A DNA stretch of 64,000 nt from an uncultured delta proteobacterium (GTDB taxonomy: Bacteria > Desulfobacterota > Binatia > DP-6), in assembly GCA_963815115.1 (NCBI GenBank), contig CAWFFN010000012.1:128001-192000 (forward strand). The letters are read 5' to 3'. Below are positions 29,574 to 37,769 of this stretch, in pieces. The notes beneath the pieces are model-generated. The model was not told where the DNA came from, searched no databases, and saw only the letters and a list, made by a program, of their open reading frames with translations. Numbering within the stretch: position 1 is the stretch's first letter; every line of letters begins with the position of its first letter. Made by a program: the position numbers and the translations under genes.

Positions 29574-32474
29574 TCAACCCTCGTGCCCGAGGCAGCCGGG
29601 CATGAGCTGGAGCTGGAGCGTATCGACCTGGTGCAGGTGCGCCACCGCGAGGTAGTCCCCCTGCGCGGCGAGCGCCGAGGTGCCGGTCGTCCCGAGCGCC
29701 AGGAGCTTGGTCAGGTTCTCCCGCACGAGCAGCTTTCCGGTCTCGTCCTGGATCGAGAGCCGTGCCGCCTGCGGCGAGAGCGTCGCGACCCATCCGTTCC
29801 CCACGGCGATCGGTGAGCAGTCGCCCAGCCGGACTCCCCAGCCAGGCGACACCACCGCCGGGAAGCGCCGCACGATCGTTCCCGAGCCGGTATCGAGGAC
29901 CTGGATCTCCTGCTCGGCCGAGGCGAGGAAGAGCAGGTCCCCGCTGGCGGCGATCCCCGTCCATGCGCCTTCCGGCAGGGGCCACGGGGGCGCGGGAGCG
30001 GCGCTCAGCCGGCCGCTGAGAGCGTCGACGGCCCACCAGGTATCGCGCGCGAACGCGGCGCATGCGTGTCCGATGCTGTCGGGCAGTGCCGGCACCTGCG
30101 TGCGGGCGGCCAGAGCCCCCTTCCCGATGCGCGTCTCGCCGCCATGACGGTCGAGCAGCCGCACCACCGGTGCGCTGCCGTCCCGGGTGTCGACGCCCAT
30201 CGCGACCGGCTCCTGGACCGTGAACTTGTGCGGGCCCACGCTCACGAAGTCGTAGCTTCCGACGATCCAAACGGGGACGGCACCCTGCCCGGGCAGGCTG
30301 CCGAGAGAGAGCGCATCGTTGGCCTGATTGCTCGATCCCCTCTTCACCAGGTTCGCGCACCCCCGTGCGGCATCGAGGCTCAGGAACTGCTCGAGGGCGT
30401 TCCGTGTCTCGGGCCACCTCGAGCGCGGCGTCCGGATCTGGAGGGGAGGAACGCCTTCCTCCGCGGGCCGTTGCCCCGCGACCCCGAGCGGCGGCTCGGC
30501 CAGGCTGACCGGCGTTCCGCCCGCGGCCTGAAGTCGGTTGGCGAGCGCGAGCTCCCAGCGGGTAGGGTGCCTGAACTCCCAGACGATGGTCTCGGCATCG
30601 CCGGTCCGGATCTGCGCGTCGAGATAGGTGAGCGGCGACTTGACGTCGGAGGCATACAGCCTGAGCACGCTCGGGAGCGAGGTCTCGCGGTCGACGTTGC
30701 GGAGCGCCGAGTACAGATCGATGAACCGCTCCGGCTTGCCAGCGCCGAGCGCCGCCAGCTTGCCGTACAGGCGAAGCCCCCCCGGCGCGGTCGGATTCTC
30801 GCGCTGCTCGTCGCTGTCCACGAGCACGACCGAGCTCCCGCCCGCGATCTCGTGCCCCCAGCGCCGGCCGTCGCGCGCGCATCCGAGGCACGTGATGCCG
30901 TCGCCGAAGCCGCTCTCGCCGAAGGGGATCTTCGTTCCGTGAGCCGGGGGCAGGGCGGCGTACAGCAGGCCCAGGCCGCCACCGGACCATGCGGCGAGCG
31001 CCAGGACCGCACCAGCGAACACCGTGCGCCGCGCGCCGGGCGATACCTCGACGAGGGGACGCATGCGGGCGAGGACGACGCCGCCGTGCGCGGCGAGGGC
31101 GCACCATGCCAGGTCGAAGATCAGGAAGCGCCGCGCGGTGGCCGCGCTGAGGACCGGCAGGGCGAGACCGCCGAGCGCGAGCGCGATCCAGAGATACCAG
31201 GCTCTGAGCGCTCGCAGCCTGGCGAGGCCGATGAGCCCCAGGAGAACCACCGGCAGGAGGCACAAGCCTCCGTGCGCGAAACCCGGGTCCAGCGCCGTCC
31301 CCGGACCCGTTGCCGGTCGTTCCCAGAGCGCGTTCAGATCCTCCGCTCGTCCGTTCCAGAAGTACGTCCGCAGCGTCGGCGCCAGCTGTTGGCGCAGGTT
31401 GTCGTGGATGCTGCCGAGCAGCGTGCCGTAGATCACCTCGGAGCGGTTTCCGACATAGCCGGGATAGCGCGGCCACAGCGATGCCAGCGTCGGCATTCCC
31501 ACGGCGAGCACGCCGGCGGCCACGAACCCCGATCCCAGGCACAGTGGAAGCACCACCCACTGGCGGCGCACGGATCCCGCCGCACGCATCCCCGCGAGCA
31601 ACGCCAGGAGCGAGAGCGGGATCGCGACCCGCGCGGCGTAGTAATGGTAGACTGACGTGCACGCGACCACACCGGCCAGGAGCGCCAGCGCGATGCTCCG
31701 CGCGCATCCCGCCGCGCGCATCCCCGCGAGCAGCGCCAGGAGCGAGAGCGGAATCGCGACCCGCGCGGCGTAGTAGTCATAGACCGACGTCCACGCGACC
31801 ACACCGGCGAGGAGCGCCAGCGCGACGCTCCTGCGCGAGCCGGCGCGATGGGCGAGCCAGAGGACGAGGAGCGTGTGGGGAACCGCCGCGATCTGCAGCC
31901 CGCCGAGGCGTGCCCAGGTGATCTGCAACGGGGAGACGGCGACCAGTCCCGCGAACGCGAGGCCGAACGCCGGCGACACGACCGCCCGCCCGACGAGCCA
32001 GGCCAGCACGACGGCGAGGATCCCGCACAGGCTCCCGATGTACTGCGGCAGCTCGAGCGACGGTCCCAGGGTGGCGACGGCGAGCGCGTTCACCGGCACC
32101 ATGACGGCGGATTCCTGGGGCCAGTTCACCTGCGTCGAGGAGAGCACCGTCCTCCAGCGGTCCCACAGGCCGCCCTTCACGAGCAGTGTGGCGGCGTCCA
32201 CCACGCCCGCTTCGGGGAAGAACAAGCGCGGCTGGTGCTCGGAGGTCGCGAAGAGGGTCCGCAGGAGTGCGGCGAGCACGACGATGCCGAGGAGGAGGCC
32301 CAGCTCCTGGCGCCGCGGGATGGGAGGGATCGCGGGGACCGGCCGGCGGCGCCCCCGGATCGACGCCACGACGATCGCGAGCACGATCAGGGCCCCGAGC
32401 ACGATGAGCCCTCGCTCTGCGCGGCCCGAGAGCTCGAGCCAGCGCAGCGCGCCGACCGGGACAGGCGGCTGCAC
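29574..32474 (-). CDS. GT-C (PMT/ArnT-like) membrane glycosyltransferase with large extracytoplasmic C-terminal domain, copy A
   Basis: Many TMs, AVSPLQITWARLGG and YDYYAAR motifs, beta-rich C-terminal domain; contains a 44-aa internal duplication. Confidence 0.75.
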   Translation of the reverse strand: MQPPVPVGALRWLELSGRAERGLIVLGALIVLAIVVASIRGRRRPVPAIPPIPRRQELGLLLGIVVLAALLRTLFATSEHQPRLFFPEAGVVDAATLLVKGGLWDRWRTVLSSTQVNWPQESAVMVPVNALAVATLGPSLELPQYIGSLCGILAVVLAWLVGRAVVSPAFGLAFAGLVAVSPLQITWARLGGLQIAAVPHTLLVLWLAHRAGSRRSVALALLAGVVAWTSVYDYYAARVAIPLSLLALLAGMRAAGCARSIALALLAGVVACTSVYHYYAARVAIPLSLLALLAGMRAAGSVRRQWVVLPLCLGSGFVAAGVLAVGMPTLASLWPRYPGYVGNRSEVIYGTLLGSIHDNLRQQLAPTLRTYFWNGRAEDLNALWERPATGPGTALDPGFAHGGLCLLPVVLLGLIGLARLRALRAWYLWIALALGGLALPVLSAATARRFLIFDLAWCALAAHGGVVLARMRPLVEVSPGARRTVFAGAVLALAAWSGGGLGLLYAALPPAHGTKIPFGESGFGDGITCLGCARDGRRWGHEIAGGSSVVLVDSDEQRENPTAPGGLRLYGKLAALGAGKPERFIDLYSALRNVDRETSLPSVLRLYASDVKSPLTYLDAQIRTGDAETIVWEFRHPTRWELALANRLQAAGGTPVSLAEPPLGVAGQRPAEEGVPPLQIRTPRSRWPETRNALEQFLSLDAARGCANLVKRGSSNQANDALSLGSLPGQGAVPVWIVGSYDFVSVGPHKFTVQEPVAMGVDTRDGSAPVVRLLDRHGGETRIGKGALAARTQVPALPDSIGHACAAFARDTWWAVDALSGRLSAAPAPPWPLPEGAWTGIAASGDLLFLASAEQEIQVLDTGSGTIVRRFPAVVSPGWGVRLGDCSPIAVGNGWVATLSPQAARLSIQDETGKLLVRENLTKLLALGTTGTSALAAQGDYLAVAHLHQVDTLQLQLMPGCLGHEG
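31574..31837. repeat. 132-bp in-frame tandem repeat inside GT-C copy A
   Basis: 31574-31705 and 31706-31837 both encode ALALLAGVVAxTSVYxYYAARVAIPLSLLALLAGMRAAG. Confidence 0.9.
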
Positions 32475-32605
32475 GTCGTGTCTTGTGCGCGCCGGCGCCG
32501 AATGCTGTCAAGAAGGAAGCGGAACGTTCATGCTCGCGCACGGCGTGCCACCGCGAGCAGGCTCGCTCCGACGTTCGGCGCGGAGAGTCACGCCCGCGTG
32601 CGAAC

Positions 32606-32735
32606 GCCGTTTCCTCTCAGGTCGGAGAGCCTCCTCGGGTTGCAAGGGCTGCGGCGCGTCGCCGTCGACGACGATCTCCGCCGCCTCGGGCTCCGGGTGC
32701 GTCCCGCGGCGGAGAGCCTCGCTTCGGTGGATTGA
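32606..32735 (+). pseudogene. Duplicated 3' fragment of the NAD-dependent epimerase gene
   Basis: Near-identical to 29429-29558, encoding PFPLRSESLLGLQGLRRVAVDDDLRRLGLRVRPAAESLASVD* with no 5' part. Confidence 0.8.
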
Positions 32736-32749
32736 AGGGCGGAGCCGGC

Positions 32750-35521
32750 TCAACCCTCGTGCCCGAGGCAGCCGGGCATGAACTGGAGCTCGAGCGCATC
32801 GACCCGGTTCCGGTGCCCGACGGCGAGGTAGTTCCCGTCAGCGGCGAGCGCGGAGGTGCCCGTCGTTCCGAGCGACAGCAGCTTCGTCAGGTCCTCGCGC
32901 ACGAGCAGCTTTCCGGTCTCGTCCTGGATCGAGAGCCGTGCCGCCTGCGGCGAGAGCGTCGCGACCCATCCGTTCCCCACGGCGATCGGTGAGCAGTCGC
33001 CCAGCCGGACTCCCCAGCCAGGCGACACCACCGCCGGGAAGCGCCGCACGATCGTTCCCGAGCCGGTATCGAGGACCTGGATCTCCTGCTCGGCCGAGGC
33101 GAGGAAGAGCAGGTCCCCGCTGGCGGCGATGCCCGTCCATGCGCCTTGCGGGAGGGGCCACTGCGGGGCGGGAGCGGCGCTCAGCCGGCCGCTGAGAGCG
33201 TTGACGACCCACCAGGTGCCGTGCGCGAACGCGGCGCACGCGTGTCCGATGCTGCCGGGCAGTGCCGGCACCTGCGTGCGGGCGGCGGGGATCCCCTTCC
33301 CGATGCGCATCTCGCCCCCATGGCGGTCGAGCAAACGCACCACGGGCGTGCTGCCGTCCCGGGTCTCGACGCCCATCGCGACCGGTTCCTGGACCGTGAG
33401 CTTCAGCTTGCCCAGGCTCACGAAGTCGTAACTTCCGACGATCCACGAGGGGTTGGCACCCTGCCCGGGCAGGCTGCCGAGCACCGAGAGCGCATCGTTG
33501 TCCTGATCGCTCGATCCCCGCTTCACCAGGGTCGCACAGCCGCGATCGGCATCGAGGCTCATGAACTGCTCGAGAGCCGCGCGTGCCTCGGGCCACCTCG
33601 AGCGCGGCGTCCGGATCTGGAGGGGAGGAACGCCTTCCTCCGCCGGTCGTTCCGCCCCGACCCCGAGCGGCGGCTCGGCCAGGCTGACGGGCGTTCCGCC
33701 CGCTGCCTGGAGCCGATTGGCGAGCTCCAGCTCCCACCGCGTCGGATCCCTGAACTCCCACACGACGGTCTCGGCATCGCCGGCCCGGATCTGCGCGTCG
33801 AGATACGTGAGGGGCGACGCGACATCGTCGGCGTAGAGCCGGCGCACGCTCGGGAGCGCAGTCTCGCGGTCGACGTTGCGCAGCGCCGAGTACAGATCGA
33901 TGAACCGCTCCGGCCTGCCGGCGCCGAGCGCCGCCAGCGTGCCGTAGAGACGAAGCCCCCCCGGCGAGGTGGGATTCTCGCGCTGCTCGTCGCTGTCCAC
34001 CAGCACGACCGAGCTGCCGCTCGCGATCTCGTGCCGCCAGCGCCGGCCGTCGCGCGCACATCCCAGGCACGTCAGCCCGTCGCCGAAACCGCTCTCACCG
34101 AAGGGGATCCTCGTTCCGTGGGCCGGCGGCAGGGCGGCGCACAGCAGACCCAGGCCGCCTCCGGACCACGCGGCGAGCGCAAGGACCACGCCCGCGAACA
34201 GCGTGCGCCGCGCGCCGGGCGATGCCTCGACGAGGGGACGCATGCGGGCGAGAACGACGACGCCGTGCGCAGCGAGGGCGCACCATGCCAGGTCGAAGAT
34301 CAGAAAGCGCCGCGCGGTGGGCGCGCTGAGGACCGGCAGGGCGAGGCCTCCGAGCGCGAGCGCGATCCAGAGATACCAGGCTCTGAGGGCTCCAAGCCTG
34401 GCGAGGCCAACGAGCCCCAGAAGGGCAACCGGAAGGAGACACAATCCGCCGTGGGCGAACCCGGCGTCGAGCGCCGTCCCGGGACCGGTGGCCGGCAGCT
34501 TCCAGAGCGCGTTCAGGTCTTCCGCTCGCCCGGTCCAGAAGTACGTTCGAACCGCCGGGACCAGCTGCTGTTTCAGGTTGTCGTGGACACTGCGGAGCAC
34601 CTCGCCGTACGTCTCCTCGGAGCGGTTGCCGACATAGCCGGCATAGCGCGGCCAGAGCGATGCCAGCGCCGGCATTCCCCCGGCGAGGACGCCGGCGACC
34701 GCGAAGCCCGATCCCAGGCACAGTGGAAGCACCAGCCACTGGCGGCGCACGGATCCCGCCGCGCGCATCCCCGCGAGCAGCGCCAGGAGCGAGAGCGGAA
34801 TCGCGACCCGCGCGGCGTAGTAGTCATAGACCGACGTCCACGCGACCACACCGGCGAGGAGCGCCAGCGCGACGCTCCTGCGCGAGCCGGCGCGATGGGC
34901 GAGCCAGAGGACGAGGAGCGTGTGGGGAACCGCCGCGATCTGCAGCCCGCCGAGGCGTGCCCAGGTGATCTGCAACGGGGAGACGGCGACCAGTCCCGCG
35001 AACGCGAGGCCGAACGCCGGCGACACGACCGCCCGCCCGACGAGCCAGGCCAGCACGACGGCGAGGATCCCGCACAGGCTCCCGATGTACTGCGGCAGCT
35101 CGAGCGACGGTCCCAGGGTGGCGACGGCGAGCGCGTTCACCGGCACCATGACGGCGGATTCCTGGGGCCAGTTCACCTGGGTCGAGGAGAGCGCGACCTT
35201 CCAGCGGGTCCACAGGCCGCCCTTCACGAGCAGTGTGGCGGCGTCCACCACGCCCGCTTCGGGGAAGAACAAGTGCGGCTGCTGCTCGGAGGTCGCGAAG
35301 AGGGTCCGCAGGAGTGCGGCGAGCACGACGATGCCGAGGAGGAGGCCCAGCTCCTGGCGCCGCGGGATGGGAGGGATCGCGGGGACCGGCCGGCGGCGCC
35401 CCCGGATCGACGCCACGACGATCGCGAGCACGATCAGGGCCCCGAGCACGATGAGCCCCCGCTCTGCGCGGCCCGAGAGCTCGAGCCAGCGCAACGCGGC
35501 GACCGGGACAGGCGGCTGCAC
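32750..35521 (-). CDS. GT-C (PMT/ArnT-like) membrane glycosyltransferase, copy B
   Basis: Paralog of 29574..32474 lacking the 44-aa duplication. Confidence 0.75.
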   Translation of the reverse strand: MQPPVPVAALRWLELSGRAERGLIVLGALIVLAIVVASIRGRRRPVPAIPPIPRRQELGLLLGIVVLAALLRTLFATSEQQPHLFFPEAGVVDAATLLVKGGLWTRWKVALSSTQVNWPQESAVMVPVNALAVATLGPSLELPQYIGSLCGILAVVLAWLVGRAVVSPAFGLAFAGLVAVSPLQITWARLGGLQIAAVPHTLLVLWLAHRAGSRRSVALALLAGVVAWTSVYDYYAARVAIPLSLLALLAGMRAAGSVRRQWLVLPLCLGSGFAVAGVLAGGMPALASLWPRYAGYVGNRSEETYGEVLRSVHDNLKQQLVPAVRTYFWTGRAEDLNALWKLPATGPGTALDAGFAHGGLCLLPVALLGLVGLARLGALRAWYLWIALALGGLALPVLSAPTARRFLIFDLAWCALAAHGVVVLARMRPLVEASPGARRTLFAGVVLALAAWSGGGLGLLCAALPPAHGTRIPFGESGFGDGLTCLGCARDGRRWRHEIASGSSVVLVDSDEQRENPTSPGGLRLYGTLAALGAGRPERFIDLYSALRNVDRETALPSVRRLYADDVASPLTYLDAQIRAGDAETVVWEFRDPTRWELELANRLQAAGGTPVSLAEPPLGVGAERPAEEGVPPLQIRTPRSRWPEARAALEQFMSLDADRGCATLVKRGSSDQDNDALSVLGSLPGQGANPSWIVGSYDFVSLGKLKLTVQEPVAMGVETRDGSTPVVRLLDRHGGEMRIGKGIPAARTQVPALPGSIGHACAAFAHGTWWVVNALSGRLSAAPAPQWPLPQGAWTGIAASGDLLFLASAEQEIQVLDTGSGTIVRRFPAVVSPGWGVRLGDCSPIAVGNGWVATLSPQAARLSIQDETGKLLVREDLTKLLSLGTTGTSALAADGNYLAVGHRNRVDALELQFMPGCLGHEG

Positions 35522-35641
35522 GTCGTGGCTTGTGCGCCCCGGCGCCGAATGCTGTCAAGAAGGAAGCGGAACGTTCATGCTCGCGCACGGCGTGCCACCG
35601 CGAGCAGGCTCGCTCCGACCGGCAGCGGTACGCCAGCCGGG

Positions 35642-36061
35642 TCAGGGGGCGCCGCTCTTCCCGCCGTCGCCGAGCAGCCGCGCTCGCGTCCCCGCGACGT
35701 CGACGAGCGGCTGCTTGCGCAGGCGCTCGACCTCCGCCGCGGTGTACGGGGTGAAGTCCGCGGGCACGTGGGCGTGATCGAAGCGCTCCAGCAGCCAGTT
35801 GAGCACCGCGGCCAGCGCCGCGTCGTCGAGCGGCGCCTGCGCGACGCCGGGCACGCGCGCGAGGTAGTCGCGGCCGCCCGGCGCGGCGAGGAAGCGCGCG
35901 ACCGACCCCTGCAGCGCGGGAACGCTGCCGGGCGTGCTCGTGCCGTCGGCGCGGTGGCAGCCCTCGCAGTTGAGCGTGTAGTCGAGCGCCGGTCCGCTCG
36001 CCGCGCCGGCGAGCGGCGCGATCCCGACGACGGCCGCCAGCGCGGCGCCAGCGCGCCACAT
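35642..36061 (-). CDS. Periplasmic monoheme cytochrome c
   Basis: Signal peptide and single CxxCH (CEGCH); 3 bp downstream of mauA. Confidence 0.88.
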   Translation of the reverse strand: MWRAGAALAAVVGIAPLAGAASGPALDYTLNCEGCHRADGTSTPGSVPALQGSVARFLAAPGGRDYLARVPGVAQAPLDDAALAAVLNWLLERFDHAHVPADFTPYTAAEVERLRKQPLVDVAGTRARLLGDGGKSGAP

Positions 36062-36064
36062 CGG

Positions 36065-36616
36065 CTACGACTTCGTCGCCACGCCCAGCACGACTGCGAC
36101 CGAGCAGTTGACGGCGCGGCTCTTGGTACCGAAGCACCACAGCAGGTCGTTGTTCCTGGAGGTGTAGTACACGGGCCGCTCGCCCTCGGTACGCGAGCAG
36201 CGGCATCGCATGCAGAGGGACTGCCCGCAGCAGTCGTTGTACGAGATGATGTAGTCCTTGCCGTCGCCGGGATGGCGGCACGTGCCGATCCAGGTGACCG
36301 GCGACATCTCCGTCCCCGGCGGGCAGGTGTTCTGCGAGCCGCCGCAGCACGAGCACAGGAACCCGTCGATGGCGCAGTGGCGCCAGTAGCTGCAGCTCTG
36401 GGGATCGCCCGCCGGGGCCTCGAGGCGGGCATCGTCGGGCGCCGGGACCCGCGACTCGTCATCCGCCGCGCGTGCCACCGGCAGCAGCGGCAGTGCCGCG
36501 GCGCCGACCAGCGCCGCACCGGCGCGCGCGAGCACGCTCCGGCGCGACGTGCGCCGCGCGAGCGCGCGGGCGCTCCGTTCCACCAGGCGATCCATCCAGC
36601 CGCGCCCGTCGTTCAT
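36065..36616 (-). CDS. mauA: TTQ-dependent amine dehydrogenase small subunit (MauA/AauA)
   Basis: Tat signal SRRSVL; CSYWRHCAIDGFLCSCCGG, CPPG, TWIGTC (TTQ Trp), YNDCCG, NDLLWCFG (second TTQ Trp); ATG at 36616. Confidence 0.93.
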   Translation of the reverse strand: MNDGRGWMDRLVERSARALARRTSRRSVLARAGAALVGAAALPLLPVARAADDESRVPAPDDARLEAPAGDPQSCSYWRHCAIDGFLCSCCGGSQNTCPPGTEMSPVTWIGTCRHPGDGKDYIISYNDCCGQSLCMRCRCSRTEGERPVYYTSRNNDLLWCFGTKSRAVNCSVAVVLGVATKS

Positions 36617-37233
36617 CGCCGTGCGACCTCCGTGCGCTCCTCGACGCCGCGCAGGAACTCCTGGATCGAGGCGACGCCCCGCTCCTGCGCCTCGAAGAGG
36701 CTCTCCAGGTGCTCGCGCGTGTTCACCAGACCCTTGGCGCGCACCGTGCCGGAGCCGTCGACGAGCGCGGCATAGGGCAGCTTTCCCACCTGCCATCGCA
36801 TGCCGAGCTCCGGCGACAGCAGATACGGGAACGCATCCAGGCGCTCGGCACGCACGAACGCCTCGTGCTCCGCGCGCGGACCGTCACTCGCGAGCACGAG
36901 GTCGAGCCACGCCGTCTCGCGCCGGGCGATGCCGCGCAGCGCAGGCAGGAGCGTCTTGCAGACCGGGCAGGTGGGCGACAGGAAGAAGAGGAGGGTGCTC
37001 CGGCCGTCGTCGCGCGGGGCGCCGATCTCGTGCAGGCGGGCGCCGAGATCCTCCGCCTGGATCACGGGCGCCGCCGCGCCGACCGTCGGACCGCGTCCGA
37101 GGAGCAGCGCGCCTGCCGGCGCCACGCGCTCATAGAGGACGCCGATCTGGCGGGTGAGGGCCACGACCACGCAGGCCAGCACCACGACGGCGATCCACAG
37201 CACGATCGTCGAGACCACGAGCGCCTGCGTCAC
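36613..37233 (-). CDS. mauD: Amine dehydrogenase accessory thioredoxin-like protein MauD
   Basis: RQIGVLYERVAPAGAL, FLSPTCPVCKTLLP, VGKLPYA, KGLVNTREHLESL. Confidence 0.93.
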   Translation of the reverse strand: MTQALVVSTIVLWIAVVVLACVVVALTRQIGVLYERVAPAGALLLGRGPTVGAAAPVIQAEDLGARLHEIGAPRDDGRSTLLFFLSPTCPVCKTLLPALRGIARRETAWLDLVLASDGPRAEHEAFVRAERLDAFPYLLSPELGMRWQVGKLPYAALVDGSGTVRAKGLVNTREHLESLFEAQERGVASIQEFLRGVEERTEVARR

Positions 37234-37766
37234 GCGGCCTCCTGCAGGCGCGCGAGCGCGGGACCCGCGGCGAGGAGGTGATCGCTGGCCCTCCAGCAGG
37301 CCGCGAACGCCGCGGTCGCGGCCACGACCGTGAGCGGGTCGATCCACACCATCGGACGGGGCTGCACCGGGGCGAGAGCGGCGAGCGCGACCGCCACCGC
37401 CACCAGCGCCAGGTTGCGCACCACCAGCCAGCCGCTGATCGGACGCCGCATCGCCGGTCCGGTGCAGCCGCAGTCGAGATGGCGCCGCCCGCGCGCGAGG
37501 TTGACGGCGATGGCGCCGGCGTACAGCGCGAGCAGGGCGGCTGCGCCGGCGAGTCCCCACCGGCGCGCGACGAGCAGGGCGGCGACGACGGCCCCCTCGG
37601 CCACCACGAGCACCGTCGCGCCGGGCGAGACGAGCGGACGCGGCAGCAGCCGGTAGTCCTCGACCGTCGCCCGGAAGCGCGCGACGTCGCGCACCTTGTG
37701 CCCCGTCGCGGACAGGAAGAGGAGCGCGAGCGCGACACGCACGGTCACGTCGACGACCGGGTCCAT
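37230..37766 (-). CDS. mauE: MauE/DoxX family membrane protein
   Basis: HKVRD...F...YRLLP, NLARGRRHLDCGC, LVVRN; located between mauB and mauD. Confidence 0.9.
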   Translation of the reverse strand: MDPVVDVTVRVALALLFLSATGHKVRDVARFRATVEDYRLLPRPLVSPGATVLVVAEGAVVAALLVARRWGLAGAAALLALYAGAIAVNLARGRRHLDCGCTGPAMRRPISGWLVVRNLALVAVAVALAALAPVQPRPMVWIDPLTVVAATAAFAACWRASDHLLAAGPALARLQEAA

Positions 37767-37769
37767 GGC

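Larger units (their letters stand above)
29429..32572. repeat. Tandem duplication unit A (epimerase 3' end, GT-C gene and its upstream region)
   Basis: Colinear with 32606..35619 from gccgtttcctctcagg to gctcgctccgac. Confidence 0.92.
32606..35619. repeat. Tandem duplication unit B
   Basis: Colinear with 29429..32572. Confidence 0.92.

Noticed and set aside
31574-31837. Diversity-generating retroelement TR/VR pair
   Set aside because: Differences are not adenine-specific (they include G/C and T/C changes), and no reverse transcriptase is present.
32506-32511. TTGACA -35 box upstream of both GT-C copies (also 35553-35558)
   Set aside because: No convincing -10 hexamer at 16-18 nt spacing, so it is not reported as a promoter.
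32572-32606. Integron attC site at the duplication junction
   Set aside because: The order is GTT...AAC, the reverse of RYYYAAC...GTTRRRY. It is also too short, and there is no integrase in the window.
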